Of a stretch of DNA of 64,000 nucleotides, positions 48,410 through 62,584 are shown piece after piece. The notes beneath the pieces were generated by a model. That model was not told where the DNA came from, searched no databases, and saw only the letters and a list, made by a program, of their open reading frames with translations. The position numbers were made by a program, and so were the translations under genes. The stretch's first letter is position 1. Every line of letters starts with the position of its first letter. Location of the stretch: contig NC_086109.1 of the NCBI RefSeq assembly GCF_963921235.1, positions 31,808,001 through 31,872,000 of the forward strand. Reading direction: 5' to 3'. The stretch is from Mobula hypostoma (taxonomy: Eukaryota).

Positions 48410-49310
48410 TCTGTCACCTCTGCCCCCTGACCCTCAACGCCAGTGCCCCTCAGGATTGCGTCAGCAGTCCCCCTCCTCTATTCTCTTTACACCTACGACT
48501 GTGCTGCCACACACAGCTCCAATCTGCTGATCAAACTGACAGATGGCACAACATTGATTGGCCTTATTTCTAGCGATGTTGAGACACCCTACAGAGGAGA
48601 GGTTGACACCCAGTCACAGTGGTGCCAAGATAACAACCTCTCCCTCAAAGCCCAACTAGCAAAAAGAGCTGATCATGGATTACAGGAGGATCAAAGACAG
48701 GCTCGGCCTGATCAACATCAATGGATCTACATTTGAGAGGGTGAGATACTTCAAGTTCCTCAGTGTATACGTCACTGAAGATCTCACCCGGACTGTACAC
48801 ATTGGCTGTGTGGCAAAAATAATAGTACAACCCCCCGCCCCCCAACAGTGTTTCTTCCACCTCAGGCGACTGAAGCAGTTTGGCATGAGCCCCCAAATCC
48901 TCAAGATCCATTGAGAGCATTCTGACTGGCTGTATCACTGCCTGGTACAGGAACTGCGCCAACCTTGATTGCTGGGCACTGCTGAGAGTGGTACGGACAG
49001 CTCAGCACATCTGTGGACGTGAACTTCCCTCCACTGAGAACACTTACAGCAGCAGGTGTAGAAAGAAGGCCTGGAAGATCATTAGTGACACCATTCACCC
49101 CAACCATAAACAGTTTCAGCTACTTCCGTCTGGCAATCGGTATCGTAGCTTTAAAGCCAGGACCAACAGGCTACAGGGCAGCTTCTTTCTACAAGCCATT
49201 AGACTTGTAAATTCACATGTCTGTACATTGTGATGGAGTCATAACGCAAAGCTTTTTACTCCCTGACATTGTGGGCTGGACGTAGGATTTAAATAAGTAA
49301 AAGATTAAAA
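48410..49310 (+). mobile_element. Rex1/Babar-like LINE RT 3' fragment
   Basis: PLLYSLYTYDC..LIKLTDGTTLIGLIS; FQLLPSGNRYRS..SFFLQAIRLVN. Confidence 0.85.
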
Positions 49311-50602
49311 AATGGGAACAAAAGCAATGTGGACTTAATGTGGGGTAAACTGTATGTCAAATTGTGGTATCCTGTGAAATGTGATTATTCTTGCACGCAA
49401 AAACAGTTATTGCATGTATCATTCTAGTTTGAAAAAAAAACACATAATGACATGTTCCTACTTGAGTTTGTGTTCTTTCTAAGTTGGTTTAAGAAGCAAT
49501 ATTAAATAGCTTAGCCATCTTTGAATTGGTCGTGAAAATAACAGTGCTAATGCGGAAGGCCAACGTGTGGATTACAACTGTACCAACTGTATGAAAAAAC
49601 ATTCATATGGTCCTGTTCCCTTGTCCCTATTCCATATCTCTGCAGTATGTTCCAGTCAGGTGTCTTTTGAAAGTTAATGGTCTAAATCACGTTGATGGAT
49701 AGCCAGAGATTCTGAATCATTAGCTATAAGCCACGTTTGTCTCGGCATGGCTCAGACTTCCACTTGTTCACAGAGAGCTGGAAGTCTGAAGTGTGCTGGA
49801 GATCACCTGCTGGCACCTGTGAATGCTCATCACATCAATGGTTTTTCATTAGGCTCAGAGATGTACCAGTGAACTGCTGTGGAGAGGGTCTTGATGCACT
49901 TTGTATTTGGCCCACAGCTTTCTGCCAGGGAGGGTGAGTAAAGAATGGAGAAAGGGAAGGGAAGCTAAGTGCTTTACTTTAACACATTTTTTAAATTATT
50001 ATTTATTTTTCAGTACTTTAATTTGCATTTAATTATTTCTTAAATTTTTCTGAAGCCTTTTTAATTATTTGATATAACCAAGACATATAAACAGATTTTG
50101 AAGCCTGAAGCCTATTACCCTTAGGGGCTTCCTTGACTTCACGGAGTAGTTATTTGATTTGACGAATCAGCTTGTTAGACACTCTGGATCCATCAAAGGT
50201 TAGTATGGGTGGGCAGAGACTCTGGAGTACAAGTCCAGTCATTGGGCCAGGTGCAGGTCATTCTGGCCTGTTTATTAAATCTGCTTCCACTACCAGACCA
50301 AGCATTGCAATCCAGCTTGTAATATTGACTACTGAACAATATTCCTGCCATTTCATAAATTGGCACTCTTTTGTTATTGTTCTTTCTCCAACTAGACAGA
50401 ATTTATACCTATTTATTTGATCTAAGCCATTTGACCAGACCTCGCTGGCACTATTTTGATGGTCACTTACAGAATAGCTTCATTCAGTGCACAAGGACAA
50501 CCTTGAGTTTGTCATTTTAATTCTCCATCTCTCTCCCAATCTAATCTCCTATACTCTGAAATGTAAGAATATATTATGTTAATTGTAAGAATATTTTTAA
50601 TA

Positions 50603-50915
50603 CTACGTCAACTCAGGCCTAAGGGGCCAGCGTCAGGCACGATGACGGACTCTCCACTTCTCCCTCTCCCTCATCAATGTGTTCAGTTCATTTACATTAG
50701 CCGCGCCACTGTCTTCTAGAAGCGTGTTGACCATAGTCTTGGGAGGGCGCCCAGGGTTCATCTCCCGTTCTTGGCCTCCCCCCTCCCATATGATGACTAG
50801 GCTGGCAGGTAGCTGGGGGTGGTGTAGACAGTGCCCCGCTAGTTGCAGTCTTCTTGCCTTGATTTTAGTGGTGAGCATTGGTAGGTTGTTATAGAGCTCG
50901 ACGTTCGTCATGTGC
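50603..50915 (-). mobile_element. RTE-clade LINE 3' end
   Basis: ORF TNVELYNNLP..KIKARRLQLAGHC..PGRPPKT..REREKWR; AATATTTT(T)AATA repeated on both flanks. Confidence 0.78.
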
Positions 50916-53900
50916 TCGATGTAATATTTTAATAAGATGAATTATTTTCTAGTAAGATCAAGTAATAAATAAGGTCATGGCAAAGCATCCAAGAAGGGTG
51001 GAATATATGATCTGTACCATGGAGTTCCCATCTCCTGCAGATATTGTCAACTAGGGGATTTCAGGCTCTGGGATTTGGAGTTAAAGGTACCATTGACATC
51101 ATTGCAGTGTTTCATGTACAACATGTTTCAGGAATTATTTGTTACAAATCTTAATCTACTCTAGGCAGTTGGGTAGTGAGTGACTGAGATATAATCAGCA
51201 TCAAAAGTATACAGAGCTAATAAAATTGCATTTTGGAGAATTAGGATGGGAGAAGGAGTTGCATTCTGAATATAGTTTGAGGGGATGAAGTTGGGCAGAT
51301 AGAAGAAATAACAGTGGGAGAGCATGTTTATGGTTACGATCATAGTTCGGTTAGATTTACTAGAAGTTTCTATGTGACTTTCAAAACTGAGCATAACATT
51401 ACTCCTGTGTAGCTAAGAGTAACTTCCTTCATTACATAACATTGTGTCAACAGTTCTACTTCAGTTTATTTTAGTATGTAAACAGCTACACAAAGGAACT
51501 CACAGGCACAACAGTTACAAAAAGGAAATAGAAGGTTCTAAAATGGAGATTAAGCTGATTTTACGAGTCTGGGAAGTGACTGAGCTAATTTGAACTGGGA
51601 GCAGCTAACTGAAGGTAAATCACTGAATGAGGAGTGGGTGGGTGGCACATTCATGAAGTGGGTTCAGGGTAAACAATGGCTGGGATTGCCAAAACTGGAA
51701 GTCTCCAGATGAAAGAATGCACACGTAGTAGTACAAGTCTAACTGGGCTGAATGACTGACAGGATTAATTCACATGTCTAATTCACAAGGAAAAAGAAGA
51801 AGGATTTATAAGAAAAAAAGTTCACCAGCCTTGGAGGTAGGGGAAATGGCTCATGCTCCTCACGACTATCTGCAGAATGTCTATACAAAAGAGACTGGGT
51901 GGTTTTATACTTAAATGTATTTATGAGAAAGGAGGAGAATACGTGGCCCATCAAGTTCATGCTCATTCTCACAGTAATTCTATCAGTCTTCTTTCTCCAC
52001 TTATTTCCTTGTACCAAAGAGGGCACAATTGCGATATTTAAGAGGCATTTAGGAAGCTACATGGAGAGAATTCTGGGCCAAACTCAGGCAATTGGGAGTA
52101 GCAGCGAACAAACTGTGGTTAATTTTGACCAGTTAGGCCAAAAGGCTTGTTTCCAAGCTGTATTCATCTAATACTCTATTTCTATTTCTCTACCTTTTCT
52201 CATGTTTATTCATTTTTTATTATTTATTATTTTTTCATTTGCACAGTTTGTCTCTTTTGCACATTGGCTGTTTGTCAGTCTTTGTTTATGTGTAGTTTTT
52301 CGAAAATTCAATTGTATCTCTTTATTTTCCCTTAAATGCTTGCCAGAAAATTCATCTCAAGGTAACATACGAGACTTTGGTGATAAATTTTACTTCAGAC
52401 TTTGACTTACTGACTTTTGAATTCCACTCTGATTCTCCTACCACCCACTCACAATAGTAGAAGCTTACCGTAGCTGATTAACCTGGCGGTCCACAGGACT
52501 TTGGGTGTGGGAGGAAACCGGTACGGGCAGAGAGAGACATGCAGCCAGTACTAGGAAAGGATCAAATTCGGATCACTAGGGTGGTGAGACTGTTGAACAC
52601 CTGCAGCAATAATTTGCTACCGTGATAAAGTTGAGGAATGTGAGATATAAGATGGGAAGAGGAAGTAATAAGCCATGAAGCATCTTTGAACGTGGTTAAG
52701 CTGGAGACTCAGATAAATGCAGTGTTTGAAGAAACGAGAAAGGGTGGTGAATCTCCATCATGGAGGGATGTGGAGACTACATCAATAAGGGTACTTAAAG
52801 AGAACATAGATACGTTTTTGAAAGATCAGGGAACTGAGGGGTACAGTGACTAGCACAGAAGAGGAGGTGAAGCCTGGAATACATGAAAATCAAAGTCAAA
52901 GGTGAGTTTATTGTCATAGGTACACATACATGCAAGTACGAAACCTAAAGCAGTACAGCACTGGAACAGGCCCTTCAACCAATGATAATGTTCCGGACGA
53001 AGTAAACTAGTAATTAAATATCTAACTGAACAATTCTCTATTGTCTACACAACGTCCATATCCCTACATGGTCTACGTTCATGAGACTTTTAAACAACTC
53101 TATCATATTCGCCTTCACTACCAGCCCTGGCAGTACATTCTAGCACCACCACTCTCTGTGTAAAAAAGCTTCTGCCCTCTCACTTCCAGTATTGGACATT
53201 TTCATCTTGGAAAAAGATAATGGCTGACTACTTTACCTCTGCTTCTTATAATCTTATAAACCTGTATTAAGATTCCTCTCAGCCTCTATCAACCAGTACA
53301 GAGAAAACTTCCCAAGTTTGTCTAACCTCTCCTTATAGCATAGGTGCTGTGAAAAATTTACTTGCAGCAGAAGTATCACAGACACATAGCATTAGAGACA
53401 CAAATTTCACATGGGAAAAATAAATTAAACATAAGTTATACAGAATTTTATATAATGGGACGATCATGTTATGACATCATGAGAAGAAACAATCATATTA
53501 TGTGGACTGAGTGCTTGAGGGAATGAGGGGTCACGTGCATTCATATTTTCTTACATTTCTAGGAAACTGTTGGGGCTCTGACAATGCTATGCTGCTCTGT
53601 GTTTGGGTCAAGTTTCCTTGATATTTCCTAATAGGATAAGTGAACCGGTGATTGACCCAGTGGTATTTGCTTGTCTAAAGTAAGTCATCTGTAGACATGA
53701 GTATATAGTCCAGAGCAAAAGGAAACCAGTGACAATCTGCTCACCACTCTCAACCAACTCTCTGTCTTCATATAACTCCCCCCCTCCCCCACATCAGTCA
53801 ACGTCCAAACTCAGAGTCCCAGGTTCCAGTGCCCGGATCCCCAAACCAATGCTGAAACTTCCTGTCACAGAGAGTCTTACATTTTGAGCTCCAGCCATCT

Positions 53901-54947
53901 CTGTATGTTACGGACCAAGCCAAGGTTGCCTTCATCATTTTTCTATGACAGGGCAAGCTCTGATCTGGACGCTGTTCACTAGGACAATAAGGCTACCATT
54001 TGTAATAAATGTCAGGAATTCACCGCTGAGATGCACCAGGTTTTTGACCATCTGGGAAGTGGAAAGGGGATAGCAGCTCAGATGCTTCGCCTACATTAAG
54101 GCTCACACACGGTGCTGGATTACACTGTGGAATTCAGAACCATGGATGAGTGTGGTGGGAATGCAGGAGCACTGCTGGCCCATTACTATCACGGCCTCTT
54201 AGAGTACTGTCTACCTGGGAGATGCCCACCGACCTTGAAAGCGTTATCATTCTGGCCCTCACAAGACCCTGCGGATCATCTGCCAAAACTTCTGTTCTGG
54301 TTTCAGAACCATTTCAGGTTACAAGACCCTCCTCATCAACGCCTCCAGAGCCATGTAGTTAGGCAGAACTCCCTTAACACCCAAGGAGTGAGCATTGGCC
54401 AAAAACAACCTGTGTGCTTACTATAGAAATGCCGATCACCCACACATCAGATGCCCACTGCGTTCAAGAAAATGGCACCACCAGATAGAGGTGACAGGCC
54501 CTTTATCTGTTAAGCTCCCCCTGGCCTCTCACTCCAGCACCATAGCGCGACTCACTCTCTTTGTCCTCCACACCCGGGCAATTCTATGCACGCACCAGGC
54601 TATGGTGGATTCTGGTGTAACAGGAAACTTTCTGGACTGGACTCTGTGTGTGTAGCTTGGACTCCCTACGGAGCCTATCTCTCATCCCTTCTGCATCACA
54701 GCCATTGATGGACATTCTTTGGGGACTGAGATGGTCAGAATGCACACACAGCCTATACACTTCAGCATCAGAGAGCATTTTGAGTCTATCCAATTCCTCG
54801 TCATTGACTAACCCAACATTTCCCATCTTGGATTACCCTTGGCTGTCCACACATGACCTTCTCTTCCCCGGTCATCTGGTTCACTACAAAATTAGAGAAC
54901 CAAATGCTGGACCACCTGTCTGCAATCTCACTTGACTTCACCCAGTA

Positions 54948-56471
54948 CAGGTTTCCCCTGCCATCCGAAGGTAGAGCGTTCCTATGAAACGGTTTATAAG
55001 CTGGAATGTCGTAAAGCGAAGAAACAATTACCATTTATTTATATGGGAAAATTTGTGAGCGTTCACAGACCCAAAAAATAACCTACAAAATCATGCCAAA
55101 TAACACATAAAACCTAAAATAATAGTAACATATAGTAAAAGCAGGAATGATAAGATAAATACACAGCCTATATAAAGTAGAAATACAAGTGCTCTCGGTG
55201 GAAACACGGTGCAAGCGCTCTCGGCAGAAACACTCTCTCCAGTAACCTTTAAGCTATGAAGCTGCCAAATCATACCAAATAACACATAAAAATACACAGC
55301 CTATATAAAGTAAAAATAATGTATGTACAGTGTAGTATCACTTAACGGAATCGGGAAGACAGCGCCGAGCACACTGATGTCGATGTGTTAGGCTGAGTCG
55401 TCGGAGGTTGGGGTGGTGCAGTGGACCCCAACCTCTAGGCTGCCGACCGATAGCGATCCGTGAAGAATGCCGAAAAGAGCCAAAATAAACAACCTAATTA
55501 ATTAGCTTGTTTATTTTGGCTTTTTTCTTAAAGATGTGCTGGGTGCGTCCCGGCTACCACTGCACTGTTGCATTCTTCACGGCAATGTATCGGAGGTTGG
55601 GGACCACACCACTTGGGGTGGTGGGACACTGAGGTGTCATCTCATCGTCCTCTGTTTCCATCAGGGCAGGCAGGTCATCTTCTTCTATGTCTGCCTGCCT
55701 CAGTGTCGAAGGTCGAGGTTCGTTGTCTACTGTGGCTGATGTGGAAGGCTTGAGAAACAACAGTATGCTTGATTGCTTAGCCTCACGCATTTTTCTATCA
55801 TACAGATCTTTGTAAGCACTCAAACCATCCTGCAAATATGCCCTAAACCTAAGTACCCTTTCAAAATTAAAGTCGCACTTTTCTGCAATCATTGCAGCAA
55901 AAATCTCACACATTTGGCTTACATTCAGTTCCTGGACTACTTCACTTTCGGTCCATTCGCTACTGCATTGGTTTTCGATTGTTATCCTTTCCTCTTCCAA
56001 TTGCATCAGCTCTTCATCTATCAGTTCTTGGTCATGGGATGCCTAAACCTCTTCAACATCATCTTCGTCAACTTCCACAAGCCAAACTCACTTTGTCCTT
56101 ACTTCGTTCACCATGATCGAAATGCTTAATTATGTCTAGTTTTACACTAAGTGTAACACCCTTACGAGCTCTTTTAGGCTTTTCCGATACCTTAGAACTC
56201 ATCTTGGTAACGGATGCTCAAAATAAATCAACGTAAAGCACAGATGCTCACAGGCATATGTTTAAGCAATGCTGGCTAGAATGCATTTCCGGGGGAGGAG
56301 CTTGGCTGCTCGGGGTGCGCGTTGCCTTTTATCACGCGCTGCCTTTTCTCACATGCTGCCTTTTTCGTAACAGTGAAAACACCTTCTGTTAGCAAAAACA
56401 GGTAACTAATATAGGTCTTTCGTAACAGCGAGGTTTCGTAAAGTGAACGTTCGAAAAGCGGGGGACACGTG
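54948..56471 (-). mobile_element. Tigger/pogo DNA transposon, internally deleted
   Basis: TA flanks; termini CAGGTTTCCCC / GGGGACACGTG; Tigger transposase C-terminal-like ORF 55554-56006. Confidence 0.8.
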
Positions 56472-57067
56472 TAAATCCGTTGTGACGCAGAAAGCACTCA
56501 AAAAAAGGAGGCCAGCACCCTGCCATCTCAAAGACCTCACGACTGCACAATCAACCTCCTCCCAGGCACCAATGCTCCCTGAGGCCATCTGTTCTCCCTC
56601 CCCTCTTGTGAGAGCCAAGCCTTGAATGACTACATCACTAAAGGGCAAAAGCACAGCATTATTTGACCATCTCAGTTCCCAACTGGTGCAGGGCTCTTCT
56701 ATATCTGGAAGAAAAATCGTTGGTCTTTGCCCCTGCAATGACCACTGTGGACTCAGCAAAATCACCATTAAAAACTGTTACCCTCTATCCTTGATGGATT
56801 GTGTATTTGAAAAATCCTGTGCGACCTAGATCTTCACCAAACTGGATATGCAAAGTGCCCGCAACCTGATCTGCATCGCTGGGGGAATGAGTGGAAGACA
56901 GTGTTCATAACACCCATTGGCCTCCAAGAAGGGTGATGCCTTTCAAACTTTCTTAGAGTCCAGCCACTTTCTAAGCTTTCATCAATGACATCCTCCGAGA
57001 CATATTACGCAAGTATGTGTTGTCTACCTTGACAACATCCTCATCTTCTCCAAGTAACCACAAGACT

Positions 57068-57492
57068 ATCGTCATCGTCATGGCTATTCCTCGAGGTCGA
57101 GGATGATGGTCTTTGTTCTGAAGAAGTGGCCCACAGAGTGAAGACGGCTGTGTGTGTATTTGTTTAACATGCACTTGATGTTGCACTCCAAGAAGCACAC
57201 GATACTTCACAAATCAACCAACTGATTCCAATGGCATGGAAACCACGATGATTGGAGCTGATGGATTTGTTGCAGCCTTCATCCGCCTTCACAGCCGTTG
57301 AGTTCGAAGTAACTTCATCCGCCTGTTCCACCACTGAGGTCTTGGTTGGATTGTTCATTGTCAGGGACCTCACCCTCGACCTTACCGCCGTGGGTGACCC
57401 TACCAGGAGCATAGCTCTAGGCGGCATTGGTCTCAGGATCACAGGACCACACAAGCTTCTCCACCACAACAAGGTGACAATCCATGGAGAAG
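57068..57492 (-). mobile_element. RTE-derived non-autonomous element
   Basis: Splits the Gypsy RT; TSD AACC(A/C)CAAGAC at 57056-57066 and 57493-57503; (GAT/GAC)n tail; RTE-like 5' end. Confidence 0.7.
57348..57492 (-). ncRNA. Candidate HDV-like ribozyme fold at the RTE 5' end
   Basis: P1 CTTCTCCAT:GTGGAGAAG, P2 GGATTGT:ACAATCC, P3 CAC:GTG with loop CTTGTT, nested in HDV order. Confidence 0.4.
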
Positions 57493-58019
57493 AACCCCAA
57501 GACCACACCTGTCACATCCAATCAGACCTTTGGTGTCTTACGCATGAGCAAAGGTGCTGAATACTGTTCTACCTAATAAGCACAGTTATGTTTCATCTAA
57601 ACAGTTATGTCTGAACAATAGTTAATAATATGCCTCGAAATACCAGCACTGTTCTGAATTTGTGCCCTTCCCATATCCCCACTGCAAATTTCCGTATATG
57701 TACGTCAGAGACTCAACAACAGAGAGACTGTACCTTTGGCTCACCATGTCTTGCGTCAAGCGTCATCTATACCAGGATTTCTCAACCAGAGTTCCGTGAG
57801 AGGTCGCTAGGGGTTCTGCCAGATATCATGGTTTTAAAAATAAACATAGTTTTTTGAACTTTGCGCGATGCTTGATGCTAGCCCTCACGGTGGTGGGCAA
57901 TGACCGAGCAGCCCTGTTAGCAATCTCGTCAGAGGTCTCTCAGCTCAGTGTGGTAGTGCACAGTAGTGCTTATTTGTTTAAGTCCATTCTCAGTTTTTGT
58001 CACCAGTTATGGGAGGCTG

Positions 58020-58210
58020 TTGATAACTTGTGAGCGCTGTATTGTACAGGGGGGAGGACATTAGGCTAATAATTGGTGAGCACTGTATTGTACAGGGGGG
58101 AGGATGATAGGCTGATAATTGGTGAGCACTGTATTGCACGGAGGAGAGGACGGTAGGCTGATAATTGGAGAGCTCTGTATTGCACAGAGGGGAGGACGGT
58201 AGGCTGATGA
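58020..58210. repeat. ~47-bp minisatellite (about 4 units) inside the hAT element
   Basis: Repeats of TGATAATTGGTGAGCACTGTATTGTACAGGGGGGAGG. Confidence 0.85.
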
Positions 58211-58550
58211 AGAGCATGAAAGGCGTTTTCCGAGCATTAAATTCAATCACCCAATTTTGGCTGTGACGTCAGCCTCTCCCTCTCTAATTACCTCCTCAAA
58301 CTTCCCCCTACTGCACCGCCGACTGACTTATGGGAGGAAACAAACTCAACTGGTGATGTTGAAAATTGGAGGGAAACTTCCATTCTAAATACCGTCCAGT
58401 GGTGATTTTTGAAGAGAAGCTGTGAGATAGAAGAGGAGTATTCTAGGCCTAGGCTTACGGGCATTTCTGATAAGCTTAGTGATGAAGAATCAAAACCTTC
58501 GGAGTCAGTTCACTGCTCTTGTACAACAACGGACACAACAAATGTCCCTC

Positions 58551-59800
58551 TTTTTTACAAAACTATAAAAGTTTATTTACACAACAAATACATAAAGTAG
58601 AAACTTTATTCACAAGACAGTGAATAAATTCAAATTAAAATATGATTACTACTGTCTCTGATACAGTCAATTCCCTGGGGGGCCCACCGCTCCCAGAAAT
58701 CCCCTACTGCACCCGTTGTGGCCGCATGCCCCCTCTCCAAGGACAGCCGGGCACGAACCTATCTCAGAAGAAGGGCAGGCATTCTACCGCCTTGCCCCGT
58801 GAATGGCCATGTTGGCCAGGCCCAGGAGCAAGCCCATCAGCAGATCCTCCTCACCACCCACTCCCTTCAGAACTGGGTGCCCGTATATGAGGATCGCGGG
58901 GCTGAATTGTAACCAGGACCTGACCAGCAGCTCCATCAGATACTCAAGCAGGGGCTGCAACCTCTCACACTCCATATGAGCGTGGTACACTGACTCCTCC
59001 TGGCCACAGAATGGACAGCTGGACGGGGTGTCAGTGAAGCTGCTTACAGACCTGTAACGCAGTACTGCCCTACACAACACCTTCCATCCCAGGTCTCCAA
59101 TGTTCAGAGGAAAGACCCTGCGTAAAGAGATCTCCAGTGGGGACCTTCTTCGCTGTCGATGGTAAAACAGACCGCCAAGGCGAGTCTGTTCGGCAGACGA
59201 AGGCAAGAAAGTGAAAGGTGCGCAAGAGCAGCCCGTACAAGAAACACTTTGGAGCATCATGGAAGGATATGTTGGGGATCCCTGCTTGATGGCTCACCTT
59301 CTGTGGGACCCTCTCCCACATGGTATCCCGAAGCCTGGGTCCGATGAGCATTTCCGGCCCATCAGCTGGTGGTGCAGCCAGAACCCTTCCACTTCCCGAG
59401 CCTCCTCGACACCCACCATGACTGGACGGGGACCCTGTCTGGGTGAGACTAGACCCCATACCCTCAACTTCGTCAGTAAAAGCGAAGCAGCTCCCAGGGC
59501 AGCATGACTGATGCTGTTCGCTGCAAGCTGCTGGCAATGTCCCAGGCGGAGAAAGTGCGTCGCCAGCGCATAGCGTCTCGGAGAGAGCGGTCACTATACA
59601 GGTATCTCTACAGAGTCCCGAGGCAATGAGCTGGGTGCACACACACACAGTAATGACAGGGCGTCCTCCACAATCGAAAGACTCGCGACCGCACCAGAGA
59701 CCCAATATCTCCAGTTGCTCCAAAAGAAGTCCACCAGCCTCTTGTGGGCCCTGGAGACAAAAGCAGTAGGTGGGACTAAAGTAATCAGCCGGTACCATAT
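58551..59800 (-). mobile_element. Tx1/L1-clade LINE ORF2 3' end (zf-RVT)
   Basis: GDLGWKVL..SCPFCGQEESVYHAHMECERLQPL..LLLGLANMAIH; A-rich tail with AATAAA on the minus strand. Confidence 0.85.
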
Positions 59801-61504
59801 CGTTACAATAAAAGCTGCTTATCAATGGGTTTTACATGGACTGGTGATCCAAGTTGTCCTATTCCATTGTGCCTAGTCTGTGACAAACAACTTAGAAATG
59901 TTGCAATTGCTCCAGCAAAATGGAATGCACACTTAATACAAATCACAGCCATATGAGAAGTAAAGCACTGATTATTTTAAATGACTATTGGAATCTCAAA
60001 ACAAATGGATTAAAGCTTTTGAAAATAAAGTCACAGTCAGTAAAAAAATTCAGGAAGCAAGTTATTTAGTAGCTTTAAAACCAGTTCACTTGAGAATGTT
60101 TAAAAATCTGTGTAAAAACCTGGACAAAGGGCACACCAGTCTCCTGCTACATACAGAAATCCGGATATTTAGCAGATGATGAGTTCTGAACAGGGTGTTT
60201 TACAGGAGTACTTTCAAAAAGAAAAATGGGAGCAGAAACTGTCCTACTTAACAGACATTTTTTATCCTTTGAACCAGTTTCCTCTGAAAGGAACTGGAGA
60301 AAATGTTTTTGACTTCAATTGGCAAGATTCTTGGATTTAAAATGAAACTGAATCTTTGGAAAAATCAAGCTACAAAAGGAAATCTTGATATGTCTCCACT
60401 GCTGCTTGGGCTTGAGAGTGAGGAAGGACATAAGAAAGTTTCAAGTCTTATTGAAAACCACCTGGAAGAACTGCAGAACAAAATTGAACAGTATTTTTCC
60501 TCCCTTTCAACACGTGTATCATTTCTCTGAATTTTCTGCTCAGCCTGAGAACTTTGAGAGAAGAGGAAGAACTCTGATCATGCACTCAAGATGAGATTTA
60601 CTGACCTCCCTCTGGATAAGTTCTGGATTTCTGTGAAAGAACAGTCTTCTGCCATTCATAGGAATGCAATGAACATTTTGCTGCAGTTTTCAACTTACAT
60701 CTGTGAGCAAGCTTTTTTCTTGTTTAATAAGCATCAAGAACAAGGACAGAGATCATCTCATTTCAGTTGAAGGTGAAATCCGTGTGTGCTTATATCAAGT
60801 TCAACACAGAATTGAGAGATTTATTATGTTTGTCTTACGAGTTTTTAAAATTTATGAAAGAGAAATAAAGAGATTAATTTCAAGAAAACTTAACTATCTG
60901 TTTTCTTTAAGGAAGGTTGGGTAAAAGATCATTCACTACTCAAAAGAGCACTGACTTGTATCTACAACTGACTAATCATGCTAATGTACTGTGAGCTCTA
61001 GATATACTAATTTTTATGTCGGGGTTCCCTGAGACCTGAAAATTATTTCAAGGGTTCCTCCAGTGCAAAAGGGTTGAGAAAAACTGATCTCTACCGACCT
61101 TATTTACTCGTATCTATAGCCTTCTATGCCATGGCAATTCACATATTCATTCAGATTGTTCCTAACTGGCCTCATTCTGTGTCATTAAAGTCCCTATTCA
61201 ATGATTCCTAGCCCAGGACTCTACTACTGGACATGGATGTGTGGCCTGTATTTACCGCTGTTCAGACAGCTAATCTCAAAGGTCAAAGCTCAAAGTACAG
61301 TTATATCAAAGTATGTATACATTATACAACCCTGAGACAACCACAAAACAAAAAAAAGCAAAGAAACCCCAAAGAACCGGTTTAAAAAAAAGACCATCAA
61401 ACAGCCAATTTGCAGAGAGACAAATCGTGCAAACAATAGAGGTGAGCAAATAGCATTCAGAATGAAAGTGAGTCCACAGACACGAAGACAGGCATCCCTG
61501 CAGC

Positions 61505-62048
61505 TGTTAGAGTGAGTTTTTGGGTAGATGATTCACTTACACTTAAATGACTCTGGCCACCAGTCTTCTGTTTGACAAAGTACTGTGGATTGAGTTCACA
61601 ACAATGCATTTCCTAAAAGCTGTGAATACCAGACGCTGCTGACACAGTAGTTTTGAAGACACCCTTATTCATACTTTATAAATATTACTTGTCCTCTATG
61701 TTAGCACGTAAAATACCAAATAAATGTAGTGTGGATTTGACTTGCACTCCTAAAGGCTGTGAGTACCAACCCAGACATGTTGGCATCAGCAGGAAAGGAT
61801 GAAGTCAGAAGGTGTGATGCTTTGTATGTAGTTTCAAAAGGAAGCATTGTCTATGCAGTATCTGTAACTTAGTAAGTAGCGATTGCCTTTTGTGTTTAGC
61901 ATATAAATATCGAGCCCACAATGGGCTAGCAGACATTTCTACCGAAAGCGTCTCCGTCCATATGATGCGTGCTGTACCTTGTTGTGTCGAATAAAGAAGC
62001 TGCTTTGTATCTACCAGTAACTGTCTCTCCAGTGATTTCATCCACGTC
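61505..62048 (+). mobile_element. LTR-like insertion
   Basis: TG start, TATAAA at ~61902, AATAAA at ~61990; splits another repeat; 3' CA terminus not seen. Confidence 0.4.
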
Positions 62049-62584
62049 TGGAGCAAGTCACAGCCTTAGCTCAGCGCAGAGCCAAGTAAACATCGCGGAG
62101 CAGCGAGCAGAACCAATCCATCCCTCGCCTGTGATCCCAACACCCTGCGGCATTTAAATCGTCCAAACATTGGGTCGTTCCTCGCTCTAGGACCTTCGAT
62201 ATGCTCTGGGCCTGGACTCCGCCATCATATTTCAGCCCATATCCAACTTCTCCAATTTGGCCCAGTACTTAAATCGATCAAACCTCGGGTCTTTCCTCGG
62301 TCTTGGGGCTGGGCTTGGCCTCTGCCTTGCCTCCACTCGCTTTGTCTCTTCATTGCTTGCCGTGATCGTTTACCAGAAATTTTACCAAAAAAGTTGTTTT
62401 CTTTCTTTTGTTTGCCACCAATAAGTAGTCGCTAGGCTTCACCAGCACCACCTTAAACCTGAACATCCAGAACCCCAATGGTTAAAGAGAGATTACACAG
62501 TGAGATCTGATCCCACATGTTTTCAAGTATCTCATGTATTACTCATTAGCCACTTCTGCTACCGTGAACAACCCCAGCTTTAAA

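Larger units (their letters stand above)
53900..57560 (+). mobile_element. Heavily decayed sushi-type Gypsy gag-pro-RT, interrupted by Tigger and RTE-derived insertions
   Basis: Protease QAMVDSGVTGNFLD (~54596); RT KITIKNCYPL, FTKLD, EWKTVFIT, AFINDILRD, VYLDNILIFS (~56760-57050). Confidence 0.8.
57773..61086 (+). mobile_element. hAT-Charlie transposon with decayed transposase
   Basis: TIRs CAGGATTTCTCAACC / GGTTGAGAAAAACTG; TSD ATCT(A/C)TAC; peptides MGFTWTGDPSCPIPLCLVC, LLLHTEIR, KILGFKMKLNLWK, LDKFWISVKE. Confidence 0.87.

Noticed and set aside
59070..59825. 251-aa ORF as a novel gene
   Set aside because: Lies within the frameshifted Tx1-like LINE.
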